A DNA stretch of 64,000 nt from Candidatus Thorarchaeota archaeon (lineage in GTDB: Archaea > Asgardarchaeota > Thorarchaeia > Thorarchaeales > Thorarchaeaceae): the NCBI GenBank assembly GCA_004524445.1, contig SDNP01000014.1:9013-73012 (forward strand), written 5' to 3'. This document shows, one piece after another, positions 26,617 through 36,222 of the stretch. The notes below the pieces were generated by a model that worked only from the letters and a program-made list of their open reading frames with translations, searched no databases and was not told where the DNA came from. A program made the position numbers and the translations under genes. Each line of letters begins with the position of its first letter. Positions within the stretch are counted from its first letter, which is position 1.

Positions 26617-28189
26617 TCCGCTCGCTCAAGAGATGGGATTTGGTGGCAGAAATAATCCTAACATCTAGCTTTGTGCCAATGGGAATCTCAGATTTTAGGA
26701 TGATGGGTTTGTAAGAAAAATTGCGGGCCATCATACCACCTGTAGATCCCTTCTCAGTCACGATTGCCTGTCCTTCCCATCCGACCCAATCCTTGTTTAT
26801 TGATGCTGTCAATCGGTTTACGTATTTTGACAACTTCCTGCTTCTGTTTTTTTTCACTGTTGTGTCTGTTTTCTGGTCAGATTTAGAAGCCAATGTACCT
26901 GGTCGGTCGCCATACTTGGATATATTCACCAGGGTTGGCCGTGTTTCTTTAATCAACTCCATGGTCTTATCAAAGTCTTTGTCTGATTCTCCCGGAAAGC
27001 CAACTATGATATCAGTTGCAATAGTCGCCATGGGAAACCTGTTGCGAATGCTTTCAATCACTTTCACCCAATCTTCAACCACATAGCGCCTGCGCATAAG
27101 CCGTAGAATGTCATTGCTTCCTGATTGAATTGGAATATGGAAGAACTGGAAGAAGTGGCTTGATGTCATTGTATCTAGCAGGTCTGGTAGATATCCCTTG
27201 ACCGCATTGGGGTTGAACATGCCCAATCTGAATCGATGTGTCCCTTGTATTTCATCTAGTGCACTAAGAAGCTGGGGAAGCGTTTCAGAAGTATCAAATC
27301 CATAAACACCGGTGTCTTGACCTGTCAATCGAATCTCCTTATAGCCAAGATGAACACATCTCTTTGCAATATCCATTATTTCGGAGATTGGATAACTGTT
27401 CAACTCCTCGCGGGCAAATTTCACTGCACAATAGGCACACTCACCGATACAACCCTCAGCTATCGGGATTGTACAAATGACTGACTGAGGTGGGCCCTCA
27501 AAGTATTGGAGTTTAGATTCCGAATCCGATGATAGATGTTCTATACCTCTCTCACCCCTCAGGATTCTATTGAGAATTTCAGGTAGAGTAGTGATACACT
27601 GAGGCCCAACAATGGCCCCGAAATTAGGTATTGCACGTCGTACTCTATTCAAGGAGATTTTTGGAAGACATCCCGCTACTACAACAGGAAGAGAAAGCTC
27701 GGCTAATTCACTTAGGCGATAGATGATACGGTCCTCAGTCGGTTCCTTGACTCCGCATGTATTCACAATCATGATATCAGCGAGTTCGGGGTCCGAGACC
27801 CTTTTTGCACCCAATCGATTCAGATGGCCGGCTATTAGGTCGGAGTCAGCAGTATTTAAGGCACAGCCGTAGGTTTCCAAATAATACTTGATATCCACTG
27901 GAATCGCACTCCCCCCCTGGATGTGAGGGAGAATTGTGATGGTGTCCCCCTCATTCACCGGCGTATTCCATCCATCTAGTCGACCAATTTCTTTTCTATT
28001 CAACAGAATAATGAGATTGCCACTAATGCCGTCTGAATTCATAATTAGACGACGAACTCTCTTACCGTATCGCTTTGCCATGTCATGAATAACATAACCA
28101 ACAGAAGATTCGGGTGGTACATCCACCGCTATGGTCTTCGAACCTATCTCTCGCCTGATAGGACCGAAGAATTTGATATTCACTTTCAT
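26600..28189 (-). CDS. Fusion of an N-terminal MoaD/SAMP/Urm1-like ubiquitin-fold domain (aa 1-93, ending IQGG) with an archaeal MtaB/CDKAL1-like tRNA methylthiotransferase
   Basis: MKVNIKFFG...NEGDTITILPHIQGG, then ETYGCALN, NTCGVK, AGCLP, CIGECAYC, DIIVGFPGE and a TRAM domain. Confidence 0.9.
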   Translation of the reverse strand: MKVNIKFFGPIRREIGSKTIAVDVPPESSVGYVIHDMAKRYGKRVRRLIMNSDGISGNLIILLNRKEIGRLDGWNTPVNEGDTITILPHIQGGSAIPVDIKYYLETYGCALNTADSDLIAGHLNRLGAKRVSDPELADIMIVNTCGVKEPTEDRIIYRLSELAELSLPVVVAGCLPKISLNRVRRAIPNFGAIVGPQCITTLPEILNRILRGERGIEHLSSDSESKLQYFEGPPQSVICTIPIAEGCIGECAYCAVKFAREELNSYPISEIMDIAKRCVHLGYKEIRLTGQDTGVYGFDTSETLPQLLSALDEIQGTHRFRLGMFNPNAVKGYLPDLLDTMTSSHFFQFFHIPIQSGSNDILRLMRRRYVVEDWVKVIESIRNRFPMATIATDIIVGFPGESDKDFDKTMELIKETRPTLVNISKYGDRPGTLASKSDQKTDTTVKKNRSRKLSKYVNRLTASINKDWVGWEGQAIVTEKGSTGGMMARNFSYKPIILKSEIPIGTKLDVRIISATKSHLLSERTSRVS

Positions 28190-28220
28190 AATGGTACCCG
28201 GATGTTATCATGCATTCGTT

Positions 28221-28613
28221 CTATTCGGATTCTTGATACTTCTCGATTAGCTCGTCAACCATTGATTCTACAATGGAAATAATCTTCTCGATAAGCTCCC
28301 AGGAGGCATCTTCTACATGAATACCAACGGCAACGACAACAGTTACTTCAAGTGCTTCGGATAGTTTCTCTGCAGCAGAATTTGCCAGTACATAGTCTTT
28401 GTGACCCGGGGACGTTATGGTATTCACGCTTATTGTGGTAGCGTCTCTATAATGGCTTTTTGTGGGGTAGGCCAGGGCGACACCGCCAATATGAGATTCA
28501 TCGCCGCCATAGATTCGAACAAGTATGTCTTTGCCCACCCTTTCACTCTGGAGTATCATCTCATGCGAGTTGGCATTTCTACGAATCACAATTGGATTCA
28601 TATCAGTCTTCAT
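28221..28613 (-). CDS. LpdD-like / proteasome-assembly-chaperone-4-fold small protein
   Basis: IYGGDESHIGGVALA, PGHKD and VVAVGIHVEDA motifs. Confidence 0.7.
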   Translation of the reverse strand: MKTDMNPIVIRRNANSHEMILQSERVGKDILVRIYGGDESHIGGVALAYPTKSHYRDATTISVNTITSPGHKDYVLANSAAEKLSEALEVTVVVAVGIHVEDASWELIEKIISIVESMVDELIEKYQESE

Positions 28614-30159
28614 CCTCCTGTTGCTGATGCATACGCCAAGACAGGGTTAAGGTCTTCGGATGAGCTGCCCGATATTCGTCAAGTAATCCAATGGCTGTGG
28701 AATGAGGTGCTACCTTTACCTTTTCGGGTTCATCATATGCCTCATCCGAGATTTTTTGATACACCGCAATCATATCATCGAGACTATCTTTCGTTTCAAC
28801 TTCAGTAGGCTCTATCATTAGCGCTTCATCAACAATGAGAGGGAAGTAGACAGTGGGGGCATGTATGCCATAATCCAGCAATCTTTTGGCGATATGCTTT
28901 GCAGTTACCTCAGTTTCATCCTTCATTTCCTCAGCTGAGATTACGCACTCATGCATCCGTGGAGCGTTTTGGGAGTAAGGCAGTGTAAAACCGCGTATTT
29001 TGCTGATATGTCTCGCAACATAATTGGCATTGAGAACAGCTGCCTTAGAGGTTGCAAAAAGGCCATCTTTCCCTAGAGCATAAATGTATGAATAAGCCCT
29101 GACAAGTACACCGAAGTTTCCGTAGAAGCCGTGTACCTTGCCAATCGAGTTTGGAAGATCGTAATCAAGAGTGAAAATACCATTCTCATCTCGCCGTATT
29201 CTAGGTACAGGAAGGTATTCTGCAAGTTTTTCTTTGACGCCAACCGGTCCTGCCCCGGGGCCTCCACCACCATGCGGAGTTGAAAAGGTCTTGTGCAAAT
29301 TGAGATGTACTACATCAAAGCCCATATCTCCCGGACGTACAACACCCATAATTGCGTTGAAGTTTGCACCATCATAGTAAAGCAAGCCACCTGCATCATG
29401 AACAATTCCCGCTATTTCAGCGATATCCTTCTCAAAAACACCGATGGTATTGGGATTGGTAAGCATCAAACCAGCAGTCTTTGGGCCAGCAACCTCCTTC
29501 AGGGCTTCAATATCAACTCTTCCTTCATCATTAGATGGAATGACGACAACCTCATAACCAGCCATGGAGGCAGATGCTGGATTAGTTCCATGCGCAGAAT
29601 CTGGAATCAGCATCTCATTTCTCTGGTCGCATTCATCGGACACACATTTGTGGTATTCTCGAATTACGAGGACGCCAGTAAGCTCACCTTGAGCGCCTGC
29701 GGGAGGCTGAAGAGTAACTGCATCCATGCCAGTTATTGCACCTAACCATTTCTCGAGTTCCCACATCAGTTCAAGGGCACCCTGTGTTGTAGATGTGTCC
29801 TGATATGGATGTAACCTTGCAAAGCCCGGAAGGGACGCAGCCCAATCATTCTCAGCAGGATTATACTTCATGGTACAGCTTCCCAGAGGGTAAGTACCTT
29901 GACTCACTGAGAAGTTCATCTGGGATAGCCTAGTGAAGTGGCGGACAATGGTGGGTTCAGATACTTCAGGAATGCTCGGAGGGCTTTTTCGTTTCATCAC
30001 AGATGGAATCACTGAATCGAGATTGCCGACCACATCTTGAATTGCTGGTGGGATTGCTGGAAATTGATGTCCAATAACTCCTGGACTCGTCTTCTCAAAG
30101 ATAATAGGCTCGCTCCATTTGGCTTGCCGATACTTTTCAGAACTCGGTTTGTTTGACAT
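28603..30159 (-). CDS. gcvPB: Glycine dehydrogenase (decarboxylating) subunit 2
   Basis: YPLGSCTMKYNP, SAHGTNPASA, HLNLHKTFSTPHGGGGPG (PLP lysine). Confidence 0.97.
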   Translation of the reverse strand: MSNKPSSEKYRQAKWSEPIIFEKTSPGVIGHQFPAIPPAIQDVVGNLDSVIPSVMKRKSPPSIPEVSEPTIVRHFTRLSQMNFSVSQGTYPLGSCTMKYNPAENDWAASLPGFARLHPYQDTSTTQGALELMWELEKWLGAITGMDAVTLQPPAGAQGELTGVLVIREYHKCVSDECDQRNEMLIPDSAHGTNPASASMAGYEVVVIPSNDEGRVDIEALKEVAGPKTAGLMLTNPNTIGVFEKDIAEIAGIVHDAGGLLYYDGANFNAIMGVVRPGDMGFDVVHLNLHKTFSTPHGGGGPGAGPVGVKEKLAEYLPVPRIRRDENGIFTLDYDLPNSIGKVHGFYGNFGVLVRAYSYIYALGKDGLFATSKAAVLNANYVARHISKIRGFTLPYSQNAPRMHECVISAEEMKDETEVTAKHIAKRLLDYGIHAPTVYFPLIVDEALMIEPTEVETKDSLDDMIAVYQKISDEAYDEPEKVKVAPHSTAIGLLDEYRAAHPKTLTLSWRMHQQQEDED

Positions 30160-31556
30160 TAGTCTATACCTCCGGGTTGAAGAATTTCTTCAATGATTTT
30201 CGCTAGTTCATCAATTGTTTCTTTATTATGCATCTCAGTGACACTCAGCAACATTGACTCGCCTAAATGTGGAAAGTCTTCAGACAATAAACGCCCACCA
30301 TGGAATCCCTCAGAGAGGAGCTTCTTGTGAACTTCTGTCGCCTGAGCATTTTCAAATCGAATAACGAAATCCTGCCAGATGCTACTGCCAATAGCCGGAG
30401 CCGTCACACCTGAGATATCATTCAGTATCTTTGCGGCGTAATGAGATTGGTAGGCAATGTTTTTACTTAATTCCTGAATCCCATTTCGGCCAAGTAACGA
30501 TGTGTATATCGCCGCTGTGACAGCCATGAGAGCTTGATTGGTGCAAATATTGCTGGTCGCCTTTTCGCGCCGAATATGTTGCTCTCGAGCACTCAAGGTG
30601 AGAGTATAACCCTGTTCATAAGGCTCTTCTTCTGTTCTTGTAAGGCCTACAAGGCGGCCAGGCATTTGGTAGACCAGTTTTCTCTCCATTTTACATCCAA
30701 AGACGCCCAATAGAGGACCTCCATAACTCATGTCGATCCCAAGAGGCTGTCCCTCCGCAATCACAATATCAGCATCGTAATCCCCTGGCGGACGAAGCAG
30801 ACCCAGTGATAGAACGTTAACACCAACCACCAAGAGGGCACCCGCTTCATGTACTAGTTTGGATATGTCATCCACTTGTGTTTCTATGAATCCAAGGTAT
30901 GACGGATTTTCAAGATACACTCCTGCAACATCTTCATCCAATTTGGCATCCAAATCAGATAGTGACAGTAGGCCCGTGCCTTTGTCATAATCAATTTTCT
31001 CAAGAGTGATATCTGCAGGTTCCGCGTATGTCTTGGCGACTTGGTAGTGCTCCGGTTTTATTGTTCCGGGAACCAAGAATTTTGATGACCTCTTGACTCG
31101 CGATGCCATCCTTAATGCTTCACCTAGACTCGTAGCCATGTCATACATGCTACTATTTACAACATCCAAATCCAGAATTTCTGCCAACAGACTCTGATAC
31201 TCAAAAAGAGTCTGGAGCATGCCCTGACTTATTTCGGCTTGATATGAGGTATAGGATGTAACAAACTCTGATCGAGATGCTAGAGACTTCACTACTGCCG
31301 GGACATAGTGTATTCCGGCACCGGCGCCGAGGAATGATCTCCCATCCTCCGTTAGTGCATTCTTTGAGGCTAGTTCTTTGAGCCGCTTTGTAACCTCCAT
31401 CTCTGAATGGGGGCGTGGAAGGTCTACCTCCTTGTGCAGCCTAAGTTTCTCAGGTACATCTCTGAATAGCTCGTCGATATCGTCCAATCCAATCGAGTTC
31501 AAAATATCTTCTTGGGAGTCATCTGTCATTGGAATCCAGGGGTGTTTATAGCTCAT
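30159..31556 (-). CDS. gcvPA: Glycine dehydrogenase (decarboxylating) subunit 1
   Basis: TSYTSYQAEISQGMLQ and REQHIRREKATSNICTNQAL motifs. Confidence 0.97.
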   Translation of the reverse strand: MSYKHPWIPMTDDSQEDILNSIGLDDIDELFRDVPEKLRLHKEVDLPRPHSEMEVTKRLKELASKNALTEDGRSFLGAGAGIHYVPAVVKSLASRSEFVTSYTSYQAEISQGMLQTLFEYQSLLAEILDLDVVNSSMYDMATSLGEALRMASRVKRSSKFLVPGTIKPEHYQVAKTYAEPADITLEKIDYDKGTGLLSLSDLDAKLDEDVAGVYLENPSYLGFIETQVDDISKLVHEAGALLVVGVNVLSLGLLRPPGDYDADIVIAEGQPLGIDMSYGGPLLGVFGCKMERKLVYQMPGRLVGLTRTEEEPYEQGYTLTLSAREQHIRREKATSNICTNQALMAVTAAIYTSLLGRNGIQELSKNIAYQSHYAAKILNDISGVTAPAIGSSIWQDFVIRFENAQATEVHKKLLSEGFHGGRLLSEDFPHLGESMLLSVTEMHNKETIDELAKIIEEILQPGGID

Positions 31557-31705
31557 GTTGGGTATCACCAGGTTGATTAGCTACTTGTGGATGCGAGAGG
31601 CCATCCCAATAGGCTTTTTGATTTGTAGCTTCATTGAACAGTCGGGCTTGGAATTGTTTTTAAGTGCTAAGAAGATGACCCGAACGACTGGAGGTTGCGT
31701 ACAAG

Positions 31706-32026
31706 ATGAAACGCTGGTTGATGGATATTCTTGCTTGCCCCGCAAAAGATTGTAGAAGTGAGCTGGGCTTGGAGGTGTTCGAGTCTCATGACATCGAAAC
31801 AGGAGACGGAACTGTTGAAGAAATCGATGCGGCACTGATAACTTGCCCAAAATGCGGAAGATGGTATCCAGTCATTGATGGCATAGCATGTATGCTACCG
31901 GATGACCTCCGAATGGAAGGAAAACAACGCAGAGAAGAAACTGCCTTTCTTGAGAATTGGAAAGGAAAGATAGACGACGATATCCTTGAAAATGGCATGC
32001 CTTTTGGTCTGCAACCTGAAAGCTAA
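31706..32026 (+). CDS. trm112: Trm112 family methyltransferase activator
   Basis: LMDILACP...CPKCGRWYPVIDGIACMLPD. Confidence 0.88.
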   Translation: MKRWLMDILACPAKDCRSELGLEVFESHDIETGDGTVEEIDAALITCPKCGRWYPVIDGIACMLPDDLRMEGKQRREETAFLENWKGKIDDDILENGMPFGLQPES

Positions 32027-32057
32027 AATGTAATTCTCCTTTCGCATGTAGTAACTT

Positions 32058-32133
32058 AGCCCCGTAGTGTAGTGGTCCAGCATAAGGGGTTTTGGTCCCC
32101 TCGACCCAGGTTCAAATCCTGGCGGGGCTACCA
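32058..32133 (+). tRNA. tRNA-Gln(TTG), no intron, CCA encoded
   Basis: AGCCCCG/CGGGGCT acceptor; AGGGG-TT-TTG-GT-CCCCT; CCAGG-TTCAAAT-CCTGG. Confidence 0.96.
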
Positions 32134-32143
32134 CTTTCTTCTG

Positions 32144-33007
32144 TCATTCACCGTCTGACCGACTCACAGGCGGCTCGGGCATATCACCATGATGATCCAC
32201 ATGAAGCCGCGTGATTTGGGATAGCACCAACCGATCCCCATTGACAAGAACTTCAATATTGATGTGGTCATCAAGGCCACTAGTGGATAGCTTCTTGACA
32301 AGGACAGCTTCAACTTGGAAGACGCCCGCTGGATTATCCATTGCAACTGTTATTCGCAAAGGCTTGTCGTCACCCTTCTCAAGGATTACATTATTGATAG
32401 CCATTGCGCTGACACTATGTATGTCAACCTTCCCTTGGTGGAAGGGGACCATCGTTCTGCCCTTGGTCATGTCACATCCATCACCGATTTTCGTTATTCC
32501 TGCTTCAAAGGTAAGACAGGGAGTGTCATCATCGTGGGCATAGATTCCGTGAAGAATTGCAGACAGGATGTCCGTCGCTTTTGCAGAGTCATCATAGATT
32601 TGCTCCAATTTCGGTTCTAGAATAGGAGCAGAGAGCTGAATGGCTGCTTGGTAATGTTCCTTTCGATGAATAACCATTCCTAGATCATGTAGGTATGTAG
32701 ATGCCAATACAACAAGGCGAGCATCATCTGTATCGCCAATACCTTCAGCAACAACATTGGGCATGAAGGCTTCGTCCAAAATCGTGAAGGCTTGAAGTGC
32801 ATTCCAAGTAGCAACTTCTGCATGAATGGGTCCGTGGTCAGTATACCCTAGTCTTGAAACGGCCATTCTATTAGCAGTTCGTAGATAGGACTGAACTTTG
32901 GGTGAACCCGTTAGATATTGATACATCTCCAGTGCTTTCGTTCCGGTTTCGAGCAAGTCTCTTGCCTTTACCTTATCTCTATCCAAAACAGATTGAGTTT
33001 CAGTCAT
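32144..33007 (-). CDS. HD-domain phosphohydrolase
   Basis: RLGYTDHGPIHA, LHDLGM, DGCDMTKGR and DIHSVSA motifs. Confidence 0.88.
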   Translation of the reverse strand: MTETQSVLDRDKVKARDLLETGTKALEMYQYLTGSPKVQSYLRTANRMAVSRLGYTDHGPIHAEVATWNALQAFTILDEAFMPNVVAEGIGDTDDARLVVLASTYLHDLGMVIHRKEHYQAAIQLSAPILEPKLEQIYDDSAKATDILSAILHGIYAHDDDTPCLTFEAGITKIGDGCDMTKGRTMVPFHQGKVDIHSVSAMAINNVILEKGDDKPLRITVAMDNPAGVFQVEAVLVKKLSTSGLDDHINIEVLVNGDRLVLSQITRLHVDHHGDMPEPPVSRSDGE

Positions 33008-33082
33008 GTAATCAGTCCCCGAAGGGACAATTAGGTGTTACAGTGACTGTGATAAGGATTGCGAAGGAGGAAGGGAGGCTAG

Positions 33083-36031
33083 TTATAGCTCTCCAGCTTC
33101 CTCTTGCAGGGATAGGAGAATTCTATCTGTTGCACTAGTGGCTTTTTTGATTGTGTTCAAGTAGTCCTGTCGCGATTTCTCGAATGCAACCCGACTAATC
33201 CTCTGCTTTTTCCTACGAAGCAATAGTTGACGAAGGCCAGCTTTGGCTCCTTCGATTTTCTCGTTCTGGAGCTCGAGCTGAGAAACAATGTCACGGTATT
33301 TAGTACCATACTCAATCAATTTGTCCTTGAGTTCTGGTAGTTTATCATCAATTTCCTCTAGCTGACCCTTTATCTCTCGCTCTCTTATCATATACTCCTT
33401 TTTGCTGACTTTACCTCTTCTTCGCGATGCCTCCAGCTTCTCAAGATCCATATTCAGTGAGATACGCTTAGAATATGCATTGGCGAACTCAATCAAGAGG
33501 CCAGGCGGGGCCCCCGTCTGCACCCTTTGTTGCTCCTTTTCTTCGACTTCTGAAGGAGGAGTTCCTCCCGGCTCAATTACAGATCTCCGTGATAAGATGT
33601 AGGCTATTCCAATAAAGCCAAACAGAAGAGCAAACACGAAGGGTCGAGCGGCGATTCCAATGGAGAGTTGATATATCAGGTTGATTTCCGCAGGATTCTT
33701 TTCAGTAGTGTTGTATATCTCATAACGCAAACGTGTATCAAATATCCCAAATAGAAGTCTATAATCACCTTCAGCCTCTATTGCATTGACTGAGGGCGGC
33801 ATTGCAATGTCTACGATATGCTTTGTTATCAGTATATCACCAAGAGTTACAAAGGGGAATTTTATGCGGTTTCCAGAAGAGACACCACTCTGATATTCAG
33901 AGAGTTGAATTGTGTAATCCATCTGGAAGGTGTAAGTGAATCCCTTGAAGAAGCCCTCTGGACCGAATCTGTCCTTTCTTAAATCAAGGCCGATAGGTAT
34001 TGTTTCATTAGATGCCCATAGCTTAGGCTGTGAATCTGCCAGAATTCCTACCTCATCGTAGATGGAAATTGTGTCGACATATGCTGGTGCTTCAAGATCA
34101 AATTCATTCTGTTTTGCCGGTCCAAGATTGCGAAAAGTGATTGTTTCCTCATAGGAAAGCCAACCCCATGGATCCATTGTAATCTTGGTATAGCGATCAG
34201 CGACTATGAACGGAGTAAATGATCTAATCTCCATTGTAAATTCTTCAATCGTCATGGGAGATATGGTTTTCCAGTTTCCGGATGGTGATTTTCCACTCAA
34301 CGAATCGCCACTTCTGAACTCGATTGACAACTGAGCGCTTCGTAATGGATATGGTAGCACAGGATATTTGAGAAAAGTGATCTCGTAGAGGTTATCATCG
34401 AATACCGTCAACTCATGCAATGAATGCAAAAAGGTGGTCATTGTGAATCTATAGGTTCCACCAAATCCAACAGGTGATGGTAAATAGACTCTCCACCGTA
34501 GCATAGTATTTGTATCACTAAGTCGAATGACTTTAACCTCTTCTTCTTCCGAATCTGTTGCAGAGGTGGAGAGAAGGTAGGTTTCCCATTTCAGAGGCAA
34601 TACTACATCAAAAGCGGTAATGGGCGCAGAACCGTTGTTAGTAACAGTATAATCATCTTGGATCTCGGTAGTATGATACTCTCGAGTGTACAGAGTTCGA
34701 GATACATCCAATCTCATTCCCTGAAGGGGGATGAAAGGCCAAACTACAGTGATATTGACGTGGGTCGTTGTATTGTAGTTGGAGGCATCAGTTGCTTTGA
34801 ACCAGATTGTATAATTGCCCGCCTCATAATCGGTAAGGTCTAATCGGTATTCCCACAGGTCTGTTTGAAAATTATGTGATATATCAGTCCAGTTCTCATC
34901 ATCCACTTTATAGTAGGTTCGTCTGACGAAACTATTGTCAGTGACATTTACTTCGAGTTCAACAGACCAAGATACCTCTTGATTCGGAGCAGGGGATAGG
35001 ATGTCAATATGTGGTGCTGTGTTTGTTTCTATCGTTGCCTGGGGAGAATCAACCCAACTTGAATGCTGAACTGGCAAATCTCGAATATCTTCAGTATTGG
35101 CGAACAAGACTGTAAGTGGATACTGCAGGTCAGTTGCATTGAGAAGGGGGATGCCTTCTGTACTATTCATATTAATGGCGTATTCGACTTGTGTACGTAT
35201 TCCGTCATCGCGTGCATTAGCGGACAGAATTCTTCCTTGATCCGTATAAGGAAGGTGCTGGTATGTGCTGATACCATAATCATATCTATAGTCGATTTCA
35301 TTTGCATCTGCAGGATTGTCATAATTGTCTTCAATGCGCTGGAGAGTGATTTCGTACTCTAAGTCATAACCGTAAAGAGGATGGTCCTCTTGATTATATG
35401 CATCCTCAGCAGGGATGATGAAGTGTCTTACCTCGCCAATACGCATCCCAATTATTTGATTCTTGTACTCTTCAAGAAGCTGTTCCTCTGATATCGGAGT
35501 ATCGGATGAGTCATCAGGTACTTCTCCTTCCTCAAGTATCGTGCCATTTCTTGTCTTCAGTACATAGTGCACCGTGACTGCTTCAGAACCCGTCACTCTC
35601 ACAATATCCTCATGAGGTGTGCCAGGGGCATAGCCGTAAATTAGGTCACTACGGTTAAGTCCGTCTATACCGAATGAGTCCGTGTAGTTTTTCCAACCAA
35701 AACCAATCCAGCCATTTGTGGAGGCTGACAGTCCGACATAGAGAATGGATGAATTATGTTCTAGATACACTTCTACACCTGTTATGGGATCAGTGTAGGA
35801 TGCTGCATATTCTGTGGGGTCTATTATGCCATCAGCAAAACCATAATGGGCATCGACATACGGAATGGTAACGTTTGTGAATGTCTGGGCCAGAGATGGT
35901 TGTCGCTGATCTATATTGTTGACTGTATTGGGTTCAGTAGTAACATTACTGGAATCAAGCGCCACGAAGCAGCTTGTTAGCATCAGTACTACCAGAGCCA
36001 TTGTTGCTATTCTTCTGTGCAGCATACTCAA
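33083..36031 (-). CDS. Ribophorin-I (OST1/RPN1)-like membrane protein with an N-terminal DOMON-like domain, inserted FKBP domain and Ig-like domain
   Basis: MDPWGWLSYEETITFRNLG, ISIYDEVG, RF...FTYTFQMDY (ribophorin-like); VTVHY..IIGMRIGEVRHFIIPAEDAY (FKBP); GWIGFGW..SDLIYG (DOMON); TM plus cytoplasmic coiled coil. Confidence 0.8.
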   Translation of the reverse strand: MSMLHRRIATMALVVLMLTSCFVALDSSNVTTEPNTVNNIDQRQPSLAQTFTNVTIPYVDAHYGFADGIIDPTEYAASYTDPITGVEVYLEHNSSILYVGLSASTNGWIGFGWKNYTDSFGIDGLNRSDLIYGYAPGTPHEDIVRVTGSEAVTVHYVLKTRNGTILEEGEVPDDSSDTPISEEQLLEEYKNQIIGMRIGEVRHFIIPAEDAYNQEDHPLYGYDLEYEITLQRIEDNYDNPADANEIDYRYDYGISTYQHLPYTDQGRILSANARDDGIRTQVEYAINMNSTEGIPLLNATDLQYPLTVLFANTEDIRDLPVQHSSWVDSPQATIETNTAPHIDILSPAPNQEVSWSVELEVNVTDNSFVRRTYYKVDDENWTDISHNFQTDLWEYRLDLTDYEAGNYTIWFKATDASNYNTTTHVNITVVWPFIPLQGMRLDVSRTLYTREYHTTEIQDDYTVTNNGSAPITAFDVVLPLKWETYLLSTSATDSEEEEVKVIRLSDTNTMLRWRVYLPSPVGFGGTYRFTMTTFLHSLHELTVFDDNLYEITFLKYPVLPYPLRSAQLSIEFRSGDSLSGKSPSGNWKTISPMTIEEFTMEIRSFTPFIVADRYTKITMDPWGWLSYEETITFRNLGPAKQNEFDLEAPAYVDTISIYDEVGILADSQPKLWASNETIPIGLDLRKDRFGPEGFFKGFTYTFQMDYTIQLSEYQSGVSSGNRIKFPFVTLGDILITKHIVDIAMPPSVNAIEAEGDYRLLFGIFDTRLRYEIYNTTEKNPAEINLIYQLSIGIAARPFVFALLFGFIGIAYILSRRSVIEPGGTPPSEVEEKEQQRVQTGAPPGLLIEFANAYSKRISLNMDLEKLEASRRRGKVSKKEYMIREREIKGQLEEIDDKLPELKDKLIEYGTKYRDIVSQLELQNEKIEGAKAGLRQLLLRRKKQRISRVAFEKSRQDYLNTIKKATSATDRILLSLQEEAGEL

Positions 36032-36222
36032 TATTAATCACCGATTGCCATCTAGGGTGCTAGCTCACGTAGGCGTGACACCTAGAACGATGCGCTCCAG
36101 CTTCGGGTCGGTTAAAATAGTTTCTGTTAGACTAGTTGATGTACAACAGGAAAGAACGTCTTTCGTCCCGAAAAGTGTAAATTGGATATGGAAGACGAGG
36201 ATGTAATGAGGAGAAACACATC

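Noticed and set aside
31895-32134. 79-aa minus-strand ORF MVAPPGFEPGS...
   Set aside because: Typical antisense translation of a tRNA (Gln)
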